A stretch of DNA of 63,666 nucleotides, filler included, from Licmophora abbreviata (GCA_900291995.1; 22 parts of 22 records of this genome joined end to end with filler, not necessarily neighbours in it), one strand, 5' to 3'. Positions 9,608 to 18,880 are shown, numbered from the whole stretch's first letter. The notes: generated by a model not told the origin, from the letters alone. A program made the numbers and translations.

Positions 9608-9992
9608 CTTTCTGGAACCGCCTGCGTTTTGCGAGTGGTGCGGCAGTCAACTGCCACCCGAGGCCGAGCGCGTTCATAACAAGGTCTATTGCAACCGGGA
9701 TTGTCGTGCGGCGCACTATGCCGAGCTCTGCAAGAATCCGGTCAGGCGGCTGGATTGCCCGCATTGCGGCGCGGCATTCAAGACGACCGACCCGCGCAAG
9801 CGATTCTGCACCCCGCGTTGCGCAAGGCTGGATTACAAAAGGCGCACGCGGCCGAAACCGCCCGTGCCTGCGCCGCGCGCCTGTCCCGAGTGCGGCACCA
9901 CATTCCAGCCCAAGACCGACAGGCGCGTGTTCTGTTGCCATACCTGCGCCTGCGTTTTTGGCAACCGGCGCAGGCGGCGGGCCAAGGGCTGA
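9591..9992 (+). CDS. Triple zinc-finger (treble-clef-like) protein
   Basis: Three repeats: CEWC..YCNRDC, CPHC..FCTPRC, CPEC..FCCHTC; basic C-terminus. Confidence 0.7.
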   Translation: MPKPLSFLEPPAFCEWCGSQLPPEAERVHNKVYCNRDCRAAHYAELCKNPVRRLDCPHCGAAFKTTDPRKRFCTPRCARLDYKRRTRPKPPVPAPRACPECGTTFQPKTDRRVFCCHTCACVFGNRRRRRAKG

Positions 9993-10081
9993 CACGGATT
10001 TTCTGTTGGCGGGTAGGATGTGCCACTCCCTGCGGAACAGCGCCCTAAGCAATTGAATAAAAACAATAATAATGAAGAAAG

Positions 10082-10171
10082 TGGCGGAGACGATGGGATT
10101 CGAACCCACGAGACCCTTCCGGGCCTACTCCCTTAGCAGGGGAGCGCCTTCGACCACTCGGCCACGTCTCC
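10082..10171 (-). tRNA. tRNA-Ser(GCT)
   Basis: Reverse complement GGAGACGTGGCCGAGTGGTCGAAGGCGCTCCCCT-GCT-AAGGGAGTAGGCCCGGAAGGGTCTCGTGGGTTCGAATCCCATCGTCTCCGCCA; 90 nt, long variable arm, encoded CCA. Confidence 0.97.
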
Positions 10172-10435
10172 GCCGACGCGTATAGCCGGGCGGTGACACT
10201 GTTTACAAGGCGAAATTTCAGGAAACCGACATATGGTGGCGATTGGTGCAGCGCTGGTGAAATATCGCGGACAAACAGCGTCATCCGAGACTGACGGCCT
10301 GTCCACCGAGGCGAGGTCGCAAATGCGTGGCGCGCTGGAGCAAGGGGCCTGCCGGGCCGATATGGGTGTGGCCAGCCAGAGGGGATCTGGCGTAACATAG
10401 GGTGTGCAGACTTTGGGTAATGGAAGGCCAACGCA

Positions 10436-10851
10436 TTGATAAGGTACATGTTTTCCCTTCTCTTGACCCTCGCCTTGGCGCTTCCGGCATGGGCGCAGGA
10501 CCGTCAGCAGATCGAGCGTCAGTTCCAGAGCTGGCTGGAGCAGACGATCTGGCCAGAGGCGCAAAGGACAGGCGTTTCGCGGCGCACGTTCGATGCTGCG
10601 GTGGAGGGTGTGCGGCTCAATTGGGAGCTGCCGGATCTGGTTGTGCCGGGACAAAAGGCCCAAGTTCCGACACGGCAGAGACAGGCGGAATTCGGGGCGC
10701 CGTCGCGCTATTTCAACGGGGTCGAGACGGATGCGGCGGTGGGGCGGCAGATGGGGCAACGGCACGCGAAGGCGCTGGCGGAGGCGGAGCGCAAGACCGG
10801 TGTGCCGGGGCGGATCGTGCTGGGAATCTGGGGCCGGGAAAGCGCATATGG
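10436..10851 (+). CDS. Lytic murein transglycosylase (MltB-like), 3'-truncated
   Basis: Signal peptide; GVS..TFD.A, QAEF, and GVP..IVLGIWGRES motif with the catalytic Glu. Confidence 0.85.
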
Positions 10852-10951
10852 NNNNNNNNNNNNNNNNNNNNNNNNNNNNNNNNNNNNNNNNNNNNTTAAT
10901 TAATTAANNNNNNNNNNNNNNNNNNNNNNNNNNNNNNNNNNNNNNNNNNNN

Positions 10952-11064
10952 TGCCTCCGGCGGGGATATTTGGGGCCATAAGAAACCCCGGGGCGGCGGC
11001 GGCTTCTTCTGGCCGGAAATATCCCGGGGGAGTCGCGGCGAAGATGCGACGGGGGCTGGCCCCC
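10952..11064 (-). repeat. Composite palindromic intergenic repeat (REP/REPIN-like), copy 1
   Basis: Reverse complement aligns with 52845-52971: GGGGGCCAGCCCCC-hairpin-CTCCCCCGGGATATTTCCGGCCAGAAGAA-spacer-...CCCCAAATA.TCCCGCCGGAGGCA. Confidence 0.85.
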
Positions 11065-11181
11065 TACGCGGCCCGACGCTGCGAATTGGGCCTTTTCAAT
11101 AGGGGCGATCCGGTCTATACGCGCGGCTTCACGCGGGGTTACAGCCTTGGAGGAACCCCGCCCTAACCTATGGAGAACAAC

Positions 11182-11838
11182 ATGGCTGGAGAAATTCCTG
11201 ATCTTCACGCCCAGGAACGCACGGGGACAGGCAAGGGCGCCGCTCGTGCTGTGCGCCGCGCACATATGGTTCCGGGCATCGTATTCGGTGGCGACGTCGA
11301 TCCACTTCCGATCCAGATTCCCTACAACGTGCTGATCAAGAAGCTGAAAGAGGGCCGGTTCAAGTCGACCCTGTTCAACCTCAAGGTCGAAGGGCATGAC
11401 GATGTGCGGGTGATCTGCCGCGACGTGCAGCGCGATGTGGTCAAGGATCTGCCGACCCATCTGGACCTGATGCGTCTGCGCCGGACGACGAAGATCAACC
11501 TGTTCATCCCGGTGACCTTCACCGGCGAGGACGTGGCACCCGGCCTCAAGAAGGGCGGCGTTCTGACCGTGGTCCGTAACGAGATCGAGCTGGTCGTGAC
11601 GGCGGGCGATATTCCCGAGGAGGTCACCGTGGACCTGTCGAGCATGGATATCGGCGACACGCTGACCATCAGCCAGGTGACGCTGCCGGAAGGCGCGCAG
11701 ACGACGATCGACCGCGATTTCGTGATCTGCAACATCTCGGCCCCGTCGGCGCTGAGATCGGCAGAGGACGAGGACGAGGGCGACTCGGCCGAGGTTCCGA
11801 CCGTCGGCGAGACGGAAGCCGAGGGCGACGAGGGCTGA
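11182..11838 (+). CDS. rplY: 50S ribosomal protein L25/Ctc
   Basis: [33 protein letters not shown]; acidic tail. Confidence 0.95.
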   Translation: MAGEIPDLHAQERTGTGKGAARAVRRAHMVPGIVFGGDVDPLPIQIPYNVLIKKLKEGRFKSTLFNLKVEGHDDVRVICRDVQRDVVKDLPTHLDLMRLRRTTKINLFIPVTFTGEDVAPGLKKGGVLTVVRNEIELVVTAGDIPEEVTVDLSSMDIGDTLTISQVTLPEGAQTTIDRDFVICNISAPSALRSAEDEDEGDSAEVPTVGETEAEGDEG

Positions 11839-11879
11839 GCCCGTCACGCGCTCCGGTCCGGAGCCGCGGCAAGACAGCG

Positions 11880-11912
11880 AACGCGGGATGGCAGCGCCGT
11901 CCCGCGTTTTTT
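11880..11912 (+). terminator. Rho-independent terminator after rplY
   Basis: AACGCGGGATGGC-AGC-GCCGTCCCGCGTT followed by a T run. Confidence 0.75.
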
Positions 11913-12592
11913 CATGCGCTGCGCAGTCGCCGCATGCACAGGATCCGGCCGCGCGACGGGCCGGGATCATAGGTCAGGCCCGATGCGGACAGGCAATCGA
12001 CAATGCGCTTGATCACCATGTCCGGATATCGGGCCGGGTGCAGTTCCATCATCACCGAGCGCACATGATCCGGCCATGGCGCATCGAAGAGATGTTCCTC
12101 CGCACCTTCGACATCCATGATCACCACATGGGGCCGATAGCGCGCCAGCAGATCGCCCAGCACAAGGCGCGGCACATGGATTACCGAAGCGGAGCGGGCG
12201 TCGGGGGCGGCGATATGCGCCCCCCAGAAGGCCGAGCCGGTCTGAAAGCCGATCCTGTCCGGGCCCTCCGCCTGCCCTGTCACCGCACCATGCAGCAAGG
12301 TCACGCCGGCGACATCGTTGCGCGCGAGATTGGCCTCGATCACCGGCAGCATATGCGGGTTGGCCTCGACCGTGACGACGTTTTCAGCCCCGGTGATCCC
12401 GGCACAGAGCGTCGCGATATAGCCAAGCCCCGAGCCCAGTTCGAGCACACGCTGGCCCGGGCGCAGGCGCATCAGGGCGGCGCGCGCCTCATGCGCCTCA
12501 TAGCCGCCCGAGACCAGCTTGTCCCGGATCCGGCCGGTCAGCATCGCATCGGGCAGCGCCAGTTGCACCCCGTTCACCTCATACTCGGCCAT
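11912..12592 (-). CDS. FkbM-family methyltransferase
   Basis: VLELGSGLG, VEANP, MDVEGAE motifs. Confidence 0.85.
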   Translation of the reverse strand: MAEYEVNGVQLALPDAMLTGRIRDKLVSGGYEAHEARAALMRLRPGQRVLELGSGLGYIATLCAGITGAENVVTVEANPHMLPVIEANLARNDVAGVTLLHGAVTGQAEGPDRIGFQTGSAFWGAHIAAPDARSASVIHVPRLVLGDLLARYRPHVVIMDVEGAEEHLFDAPWPDHVRSVMMELHPARYPDMVIKRIVDCLSASGLTYDPGPSRGRILCMRRLRSA

Positions 12593-12665
12593 ACCCTGCC
12601 CCTGATCGTTGATTCCATCGCCCATGCCGCGTAGACCAGCATCACCAAAGATGGGGGCCGCGGCA

Positions 12666-13357
12666 ATGCTGCTATTCGTGGGGCTGGGAAATCCCGGTGC
12701 GAAATATGCCGGAAACCGGCACAATATCGGCTTCATGGCCATCGACCGCATCGCGGAAGACCATGGGTTCGGGCCGTGGAAGGGAAAATTCCAGGGCGAG
12801 ATCGCCGAGGGCCAGTTGGGCGGGCAGAAGGTGATGCTGCTCAAGCCCGGCACCTTCATGAATCTCAGCGGGCAGTCGGTGGGCGAGGCGATGCGCTTTT
12901 ACAAGCTGGAGCCGGGCGATGTGACCGTGTTCCATGACGAGCTCGATCTGGCGCCGGGCAAGGTCCGGGTCAAGACGGGTGGCGGCCATGCGGGGCATAA
13001 CGGGTTGCGCTCGATCCATCAGCATGTCGGAGAGGCCTATCAGCGCGTGCGGCTTGGTATCGGGCATCCGGGCCGCAAGGAGCTTGTGGCACAGTATGTT
13101 CTGCAGGATTTCGCCAAGGCGGATGCCGATTGGCTGGACGATCTGATGCGCGGCATGTCCGATGGCGCCGCAGAGCTGGCGGCGGGCCGCAAGGACAGGT
13201 TCCTGAATGCCATCGCGCAGCGCATGGCCCCTGCCGGGGCGCCGCCTGCGCCGAAATCCGATGCGGCGGGCGCAGCGCCCAAGGCGCGGCCGGCTGTCAA
13301 GCCGGAAGAGCCGGCCGCGGACAACCGCAGCCCGCTGCAACGTCTGGTCGACAGGTT
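12666..13357 (+). CDS. pth: Peptidyl-tRNA hydrolase (3' end at gap)
   Basis: VGLGNPG, RHNIGF, FMNLSG, HDELDL, GHAGHNG. Confidence 0.96.
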
Positions 13358-13459
13358 NNNNNNNNNNNNNNNNNNNNNNNNNNNNNNNNNNNNNNNNNNN
13401 NTTAATTAATTAANNNNNNNNNNNNNNNNNNNNNNNNNNNNNNNNNNNNNNNNNNNNCG

Positions 13460-14598
13460 ATGCGCGCGGTGCTGATGGCGCTTTTGGCGATGGTGGTCAT
13501 CGGTCTGTGGAAGCGCGACGAGATCCTGAGATTATGGGCGGTCAACACGCTCTTTGACGAGGGCCGGATCGTCGAGAATTTCTCGCATATGGACCGGGCG
13601 TTCCTGACGGTGCCGCTGGGGCGCGGCGAGGGGCCGGTCTCGGGCCTGCCCGAGGGGCCGCCGCTTGCGCTGCCGCAGGGCACGGAGGCATGGATCGAGG
13701 CGCGGGGCGTCACCTCGCTGATGGTGCTGCATGAGGGCCGGGTGGTGCATGAAAGCTATCACCTGGGCACCGGGCCGGAAGATCGGCGGATCGGCTGGTC
13801 GCTGTCGAAAAGCTATCTCTCTGCGCTTTTCGGTCTTCTGGTGGAGGATGGCACGATCGCGTCGCTTGACGTGCCGGTGACGCACTATGACCCGCGCCTG
13901 ATCGGGGGGCCTATGACGGGGTGACGATCCGGCAGGTCTTGCAGATGACCAGTGGTGTGGAGTTCGACGAGGATTATCTGGACTATCATTCGGATATCAA
14001 CCGGATGGGCCGGGTGCTGGCGCTTGGCGGCACGATGGACGGGTTCGCGGCGGGGCTGATGGCGCGGGCGGCGCAGCCCGGAGCGCAGTGGGAGTATGTC
14101 TCGATCGACACGCATGTTCTGGGCATGGTGGTGCGTGGTGCGACGGGCCGGGACATTCCGGACTTGCTGACCGAGAGGATCCTGGCGCCTCTGGGGCTTG
14201 AGGACGCGCCCTATTATCTGAGCGATGGCGAGGGCGTGGCTTTTGTGCTTGGCGGTCTGAACATGCGCACGAGGGATCATGCCCGGTTCGGGCTGATGTA
14301 TGCGCAGATGGGTGCCTATGAGGGGCGGCAGGTGGTGCCGGCCGATTGGGTGCGTCTGTCGACGCGCGCCAGCGCGCCGACACAGCCGGGAAAGATCGGC
14401 TATGGCTATCAGTGGTGGATCCCGGTGGGCGCGCCGGATGGGGTTTTCATGGCGCGCGGCATTTATGGGCAGTATATCTATATCGATCAGACCCAGGATG
14501 CGGTGATCGTGGTGACCGGCGCGGATCGGGGCTTTCGCCAAGAGGGCGTGCACGAGGCCAATGTGGAAATGATGCGCCGGATCGCCGAGGCGCTGTGA
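13460..14598 (+). CDS. Serine hydrolase (beta-lactamase/6-aminohexanoate hydrolase family), split by a 1-nt frameshift in the G run near 13904-13909
   Basis: SxxK motif WSLSKS in ORF1; LQMTSG, YVS, YGYQWW, RGIYGQ in ORF2; adding one G restores GG-AYDGVTIR. Confidence 0.85.
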
Positions 14599-14671
14599 CG
14601 GGTTGAAGAGACAGCACTGGCGCTATTTACTGTGGGCACAGCCACGGATCAGCAGACAAGGACGCAAGGGC

Positions 14672-14992
14672 ATGAGTTACATCGCCATGAACAGGTTTCA
14701 GGTGCGCCACGGGTTCGAGGAGAGCTTCGAGACCATGTGGGCCAAGCGGGAAAGCCGGTTGAAGGAGATGGACGGGTTTCGCGAATTCCGCCTTTTGAAA
14801 GGGCCGGATGGAGACGGGTTCCGGCAGTATATCAGCCATGCGATCTGGGACAGTCACAAGGCCTTCGAGGCGTGGACGAAATCGCAGCAGTTCCGCGATG
14901 CGCACAAGGGGGCGGGCCAATCGCAGACACGCGATGCGCTGATGGGGGCGCCTGTCTTCGAGGGGTACGAGACGGTGCTGCACGAGGCGTGA
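14672..14992 (+). CDS. Antibiotic biosynthesis monooxygenase/heme-degrading (HmoA-like) protein
   Basis: YIAMNRF, FE..W..RES.L, AFEAWTKS..FRDAH. Confidence 0.85.
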   Translation: MSYIAMNRFQVRHGFEESFETMWAKRESRLKEMDGFREFRLLKGPDGDGFRQYISHAIWDSHKAFEAWTKSQQFRDAHKGAGQSQTRDALMGAPVFEGYETVLHEA

Positions 14993-15041
14993 GCGGCAAG
15001 CGACGCCACGGCCCACTTCCGATGCAAGAGGAGCACGCGGG

Positions 15042-15419
15042 ATGATGACGAAAGACGAGGCGGTCAATGTTCTGGGCGGTGATCTAGAGCTGTGTTCGCA
15101 AGACCCCGTGACCGGCTTTTTCCGGGACGGGCATTGCAATACATGCACCGAAGATCGGGGCAGCCATACGGTCTGTGCGCTGATGACGGCGGAGTTTCTG
15201 GCCTATTCGAAATATGTGGGCAACGACCTGAGCACGCCGCGACCGGAATTCGGCTTTGCCGGATTGCGGCCCGGCGATCAATGGTGCCTGTGCGCGGCGC
15301 GGTTCCTGCAGGCGCATGACGAAGGCTGCGCGCCGAAGGTGCGGCTCTCGGCCACGCATATGCGCGCGCTGGATATCGTGCCGCTGCATGTGTTGCAGGA
15401 GCATGCGACCGAAAACTGA
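15042..15419 (+). CDS. DUF2237 family protein
   Basis: NVLG..L..CS.DP.TGFFRDG.C, GNDLSTPRPEFGF.GL.PGDQWCLCA.R. Confidence 0.9.
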   Translation: MMTKDEAVNVLGGDLELCSQDPVTGFFRDGHCNTCTEDRGSHTVCALMTAEFLAYSKYVGNDLSTPRPEFGFAGLRPGDQWCLCAARFLQAHDEGCAPKVRLSATHMRALDIVPLHVLQEHATEN

Positions 15420-15436
15420 GATGCCGACGCCATGCG

Positions 15437-15484
15437 CCAAACGCCTTCAAAGGCGGTTGGCCAAGGCGCTTTGAGGCGCCCTGG
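15437..15484. repeat. Two tandem 24-bp imperfect palindromes between convergent genes
   Basis: CCAAACGCC-TTCAAA-GGCGGTTGG then CCAAGGCGC-TTTGAG-GCGCCCTGG. Confidence 0.65.
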
Positions 15485-15492
15485 GGCAAGTT

Positions 15493-16722
15493 TCAGTCGG
15501 CGTCGTCCATGTCGAAGCCCAGATGGCGGGCGACGGTGTAGATGTCTTTGTCGCCCCGGCCGCACATATTCATGATCAGCAGGTGATCGGAAGGAAGGTC
15601 GGGCGCGATCTTCATGACATGGGCCAGCGCATGGCTGGGTTCGAGCGCCGGGATGATCCCTTCAAGCTCGCAGCACAGCTGGAACGCCTCGAGCGCCTCG
15701 CGGTCGGTGATCGAGACGTATTTCGCGCGGCCGATATCGTGCAGCCAGCTGTGCTCGGGGCCGATGCCGGGATAATCGAGCCCTGCCGAAATCGAATAGC
15801 CCTCGAGGATCTGGCCGTCATCGTCCTGCAGAAGATAAGTGCGGTTGCCATGCAGAACGCCGGGGCGCCCGCCGGTGAGTGAGGCGCAATGCTCCATCTT
15901 TTCGTCGACGCCGCGGCCCCCGGCCTCGACCCCGATGATGTTCACGCTGGAATCGTCGAGAAAGGGATAGAACAGGCCCATGGCGTTCGAGCCGCCACCG
16001 ATCGCGGCGATGATCGTGTCGGGCAGACGGCCTTCGGCGGCCTGCATCTGTTCCTTGGCTTCCTTGCCGATGATCGACTGGAAATCGCGCACCATGGCCG
16101 GATAGGGATGCGGGCCGGCGACGGTGCCGATGCAATAGAACGTGTCGCGCACATTGGTAACCCAGTCGCGCAGCGCGTCGTTCATCGCGTCCTTGAGCGT
16201 GCCACGGCCCGAGGTGACCGGGATCACTTCGGCGCCCAGAAGGCGCATGCGGAAGACGTTGGGTTTCTGGCGCTGGACGTCATGGGCGCCCATATAGACC
16301 ACGCATTTCAGGCCGAACTTGGCGCAGACCGTGGCGGTGGCGACGCCGTGCTGACCGGCGCCGGTTTCGGCGATGATCCGGGTCTTGCCCATGCGGCGGG
16401 CGAGAATGATCTGGCCCAGCACATTGTTGATCTTGTGCGCGCCGGTGTGGTTGAGCTCGTCGCGCTTGAGATAGATCTTGGCACCGCCCAGATGTTTGGT
16501 CAGCCGGTCCGCATAATAGAGCGGGCTGGGGCGGCCCACGTAATGGGTCCACAGATCATGCATTTCGTCCCAGAAGGACTGGTCGGTTTTGGCGTGCTCA
16601 TACTGCTCTTCCAGCTCGAGGATGAGCGGCATCAGGGTTTCGGACACGAAGCGACCGCCGAAGTCGCCGAAGCGGCCTTTTTCGTCGGGTCCTGTCATGA
16701 AGGAATTGAAAAGATCGTTCAT
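15493..16722 (-). CDS. trpB: Tryptophan synthase beta chain
   Basis: [50 protein letters not shown]; start MNDLFNSF. Confidence 0.97.
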   Translation of the reverse strand: MNDLFNSFMTGPDEKGRFGDFGGRFVSETLMPLILELEEQYEHAKTDQSFWDEMHDLWTHYVGRPSPLYYADRLTKHLGGAKIYLKRDELNHTGAHKINNVLGQIILARRMGKTRIIAETGAGQHGVATATVCAKFGLKCVVYMGAHDVQRQKPNVFRMRLLGAEVIPVTSGRGTLKDAMNDALRDWVTNVRDTFYCIGTVAGPHPYPAMVRDFQSIIGKEAKEQMQAAEGRLPDTIIAAIGGGSNAMGLFYPFLDDSSVNIIGVEAGGRGVDEKMEHCASLTGGRPGVLHGNRTYLLQDDDGQILEGYSISAGLDYPGIGPEHSWLHDIGRAKYVSITDREALEAFQLCCELEGIIPALEPSHALAHVMKIAPDLPSDHLLIMNMCGRGDKDIYTVARHLGFDMDDAD

Positions 16723-16816
16723 CGCTGCGTGCCTTCCGGTCTGGGCCTTGGTCCTTGGGTTCAATATGGGACGCACAGGGGATTTTCCAGCGAAAACCGA
16801 CGGAACCGGGGCTGGT

Positions 16817-16912
16817 AAGGCGTTTCGAAACGCCTTTTGTGCGCGGTTTAGAAACCGCGCGGGACGCCGCGCCGGCGCGGCGTGGTCAAGGGCTTTCGAA
16901 AGCCCTTGACCA
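16817..16912. repeat. Array of four back-to-back ~20-nt palindromes at a 23-24 nt period
   Basis: AAGGCGTTTCGAAACGCCTT (16817), GCGCGGTTTAGAAACCGCGC (16841), ACGCCGCGCCGGCGCGGCGT (16864), AAGGGCTTTCGAAAGCCCTT (16888; extends to a 30-nt perfect palindrome). Confidence 0.9.
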
Positions 16913-16916
16913 AAGA

Positions 16917-17150
16917 TCAACGCCGCGCGCGGCGGATCGGCAGGGCGTTGCAGAATATCACGAAGTGGCGGCCATTCTCGATGGCCTGGAACCCGCGGCG
17001 TTCCACCTCGGCCAGAAAGGCCTGACGACCGGCGAGGCGCTCGACATCGCGGATCTGGCGCTTGACGACCCCGCCGCGCAGTGCCTCGGTCGAGGTGAAG
17101 ACCTGGGTGATCCAGCGCTCGGGCGTCAGGTGATCGGGCAAACGGCTCAT
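16917..17150 (-). CDS. Small conserved hypothetical protein
   Basis: 77 aa; W..QVF.S..A..GGVVKR..RDVER..G, A.ENG..FVIFCN..PI resembles a small Rhodobacteraceae family often misannotated as PRA isomerase. Confidence 0.7.
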   Translation of the reverse strand: MSRLPDHLTPERWITQVFTSTEALRGGVVKRQIRDVERLAGRQAFLAEVERRGFQAIENGRHFVIFCNALPIRRARR

Positions 17151-17173
17151 GCAGAGAGCCTGCCACCGCCACG

Positions 17174-17189
17174 GTTAACACAAGGTTAA
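17174..17189 (-). promoter_or_regulatory. CtrA-binding box
   Basis: Minus strand TTAA-CCTTGTG-TTAAC, an exact TTAA-N7-TTAAC match 24 nt upstream of the 77-aa ORF start. Confidence 0.7.
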
Positions 17190-17196
17190 AGCGGGA

Positions 17197-17832
17197 TCAC
17201 AGCATCCGCATCACATGGAGCCGGGACCACAGCTCTGGTTCGGCCAGAAGATAGGGGCGGAACGGGACGCTGATTTCGACCTCTTCCCAGTGACCGGCAG
17301 CCTTGAGGCCGTCGATCACCGCCGGAAAGCCCTGGCTTTCCCATGTGGCGCTCAGAAGGTTGAACACGCCGATCCCGCCGGGTCGCGTGACGCGCGCGAG
17401 GTCCCGAAGGCTTTCAGGCGGGGCGTGTCCGGGGCCGAAAGAGCCGATGCAGGTGAAGGCCGCGAAGGCATTGTCCGCGAAAGGCAGACCTGTGGCCATG
17501 TTGGCGACGGTGACATCGGCATAGACCCCGGTGCGCCGCGCCGCCGCGATCATTTCCGGCGAGAGGTCGCACCCGGTGATCGGACCATAGCCCAGGATCG
17601 CCAGCGTCTCGCCCACCAGCCCGGTGCCGCAGCCCGCATCGAGGATCGGACCTGACACGGATGAGCCGAGGTGCCGCGCCAACAGCCCCGCCGCGAGGGA
17701 CGGCAACCGAAAGCCCTTGCGCAGATTGTCCGCATCATAGCTGCGCGACCAGTCGTCATAGAGTTTGCGCGCGGCCTCGGGCGTCTTGGCGCCATAGACA
17801 TCGCCGAGATCTTCGGATTTCTGTTCGGTCAA
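17197..17832 (-). CDS. Class I SAM-dependent methyltransferase
   Basis: YDDWS.SYD, ILDAGCGTGLVG, CDLSPEM; TTG start after GGAGG RBS. Confidence 0.88.
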   Translation of the reverse strand: MTEQKSEDLGDVYGAKTPEAARKLYDDWSRSYDADNLRKGFRLPSLAAGLLARHLGSSVSGPILDAGCGTGLVGETLAILGYGPITGCDLSPEMIAAARRTGVYADVTVANMATGLPFADNAFAAFTCIGSFGPGHAPPESLRDLARVTRPGGIGVFNLLSATWESQGFPAVIDGLKAAGHWEEVEISVPFRPYLLAEPELWSRLHVMRML

Positions 17833-17865
17833 TTGCCCCTCCTGTTGTTCGTGGACCGGACGGGC

Positions 17866-18522
17866 TCAATCCTCGGAGGCGGCGCGGGCCCTGTCAATGA
17901 AGGCGCGCATGAGATCCGCGTCCTTTTCACCCGGAGCGCGTTCGACACCCGAGGAGACATCGAGTTGCCGTGCGCCTGTCTGGTGGACCGCATCCGCCAC
18001 GTTGTCGGGGTTCAGGCCACCGGCCAGCATCCACGGTTTCGACCAGCGCCGCCCCGAAAGAAGCGTCCAATCGAAGGCCATGGCATTGCCACCGGGACGA
18101 TCGGCGCCTGCGGGGGGCTTGGCATCGACAAGGATCTGATCGGCGACCTTTTCGTAGAAATCGATCTGCGTCAGGTCGGTTTCATCCGCGACGCCCACCG
18201 CCTTCATCACCGGCAGGCCGGTGCGCTGTTTGATCTGCGTGACGCGCGCGGGCGTTTCGTGACCATGCAGCTGGATCATGTCGATCTGGACATGGGCGGT
18301 CAGCGCATCGAGCAGAGCATCATCGGGATCGACCGTAAGAGCCACGCGGATGATCCCCTCGGGCACAGCAGCGGCCATGAAGGCCGCGGCTTCGAGATCG
18401 AGGTTGCGGGGCGATTTGGGAAAGAACACGAACCCCACATAGGAGGCCCCCGCGAGGATCGCGGCGGGCACGTCGGCGGGATCGGTCAACCCGCAGATCT
18501 TGACCTTGATGTCATCGGGCAT
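17866..18522 (-). CDS. trpF: Phosphoribosylanthranilate isomerase
   Basis: [40 protein letters not shown]. Confidence 0.96.
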   Translation of the reverse strand: MPDDIKVKICGLTDPADVPAAILAGASYVGFVFFPKSPRNLDLEAAAFMAAAVPEGIIRVALTVDPDDALLDALTAHVQIDMIQLHGHETPARVTQIKQRTGLPVMKAVGVADETDLTQIDFYEKVADQILVDAKPPAGADRPGGNAMAFDWTLLSGRRWSKPWMLAGGLNPDNVADAVHQTGARQLDVSSGVERAPGEKDADLMRAFIDRARAASED

Positions 18523-18529
18523 GGCGCGC

Positions 18530-18880
18530 TCAGCTGGCCTTGTCGAGCAGGGCCAGAACCTCGTCCTTGCCCTCGTGGGTCTCGCCCTTGAGGCGTTTCA
18601 CCTCGGCGCGCAGGGCGCGCAATTCGCGCATCTGGCGCGCGGCGGCGGCCCGCTCGCCATATTCGCGGATCCATTCCCAGATGAAACCGACCACAAGCCC
18701 GGCGGCCACACCTGCGAAGATCACCACGAACAAAGGCACTTCGTGGCTGGGGTTGAGCGCCGCAAGGCCCGACAATTCGTCCGGCACCAGACGCACCTCG
18801 ACCAAGGCGCGATTGGCGAGGGCCACAAGAACAAGCGCCACGGCGAAGATGGCGATGGACGCATAGCGGATGTAACGCAT
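18530..18880 (-). CDS. LapA/DUF1049-domain membrane protein
   Basis: Two TM segments, ALANR, WEWIRE; coupled to ihfB. Confidence 0.8.
   Translation of the reverse strand: MRYIRYASIAIFAVALVLVALANRALVEVRLVPDELSGLAALNPSHEVPLFVVIFAGVAAGLVVGFIWEWIREYGERAAAARQMRELRALRAEVKRLKGETHEGKDEVLALLDKAS

Larger units (their letters stand above)
6275..10081 (+). mobile_element. Phage-derived head-morphogenesis element (satellite/cf-PICI-like or defective prophage) integrated at tRNA-Ser; left part lost in gap
   Basis: Co-oriented overlapping terL, head closure, HNH, capsid, protease and portal genes ending at the tRNA 3' end; no tail genes visible. Confidence 0.8.

Noticed and set aside
13900..13925. Frameshifts (nt ~37, ~13905, ~23705, ~60060) as pseudogenes, programmed frameshifts or phase variation
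   Set aside because: Each is a single missing base in a short G/C run with otherwise intact halves in a fragmented draft, so homopolymer sequencing error is most parsimonious. Read inspection would settle it.
16817..16912. Mini-CRISPR array
   Set aside because: Units are not identical, there are no 25-45 nt unique spacers, and no cas genes are in the window.
15493..17181. N-terminally extended 562-aa TrpB
   Set aside because: The extension crosses the palindrome array and overlaps the 77-aa gene; the plausible start with RBS is at 16722.
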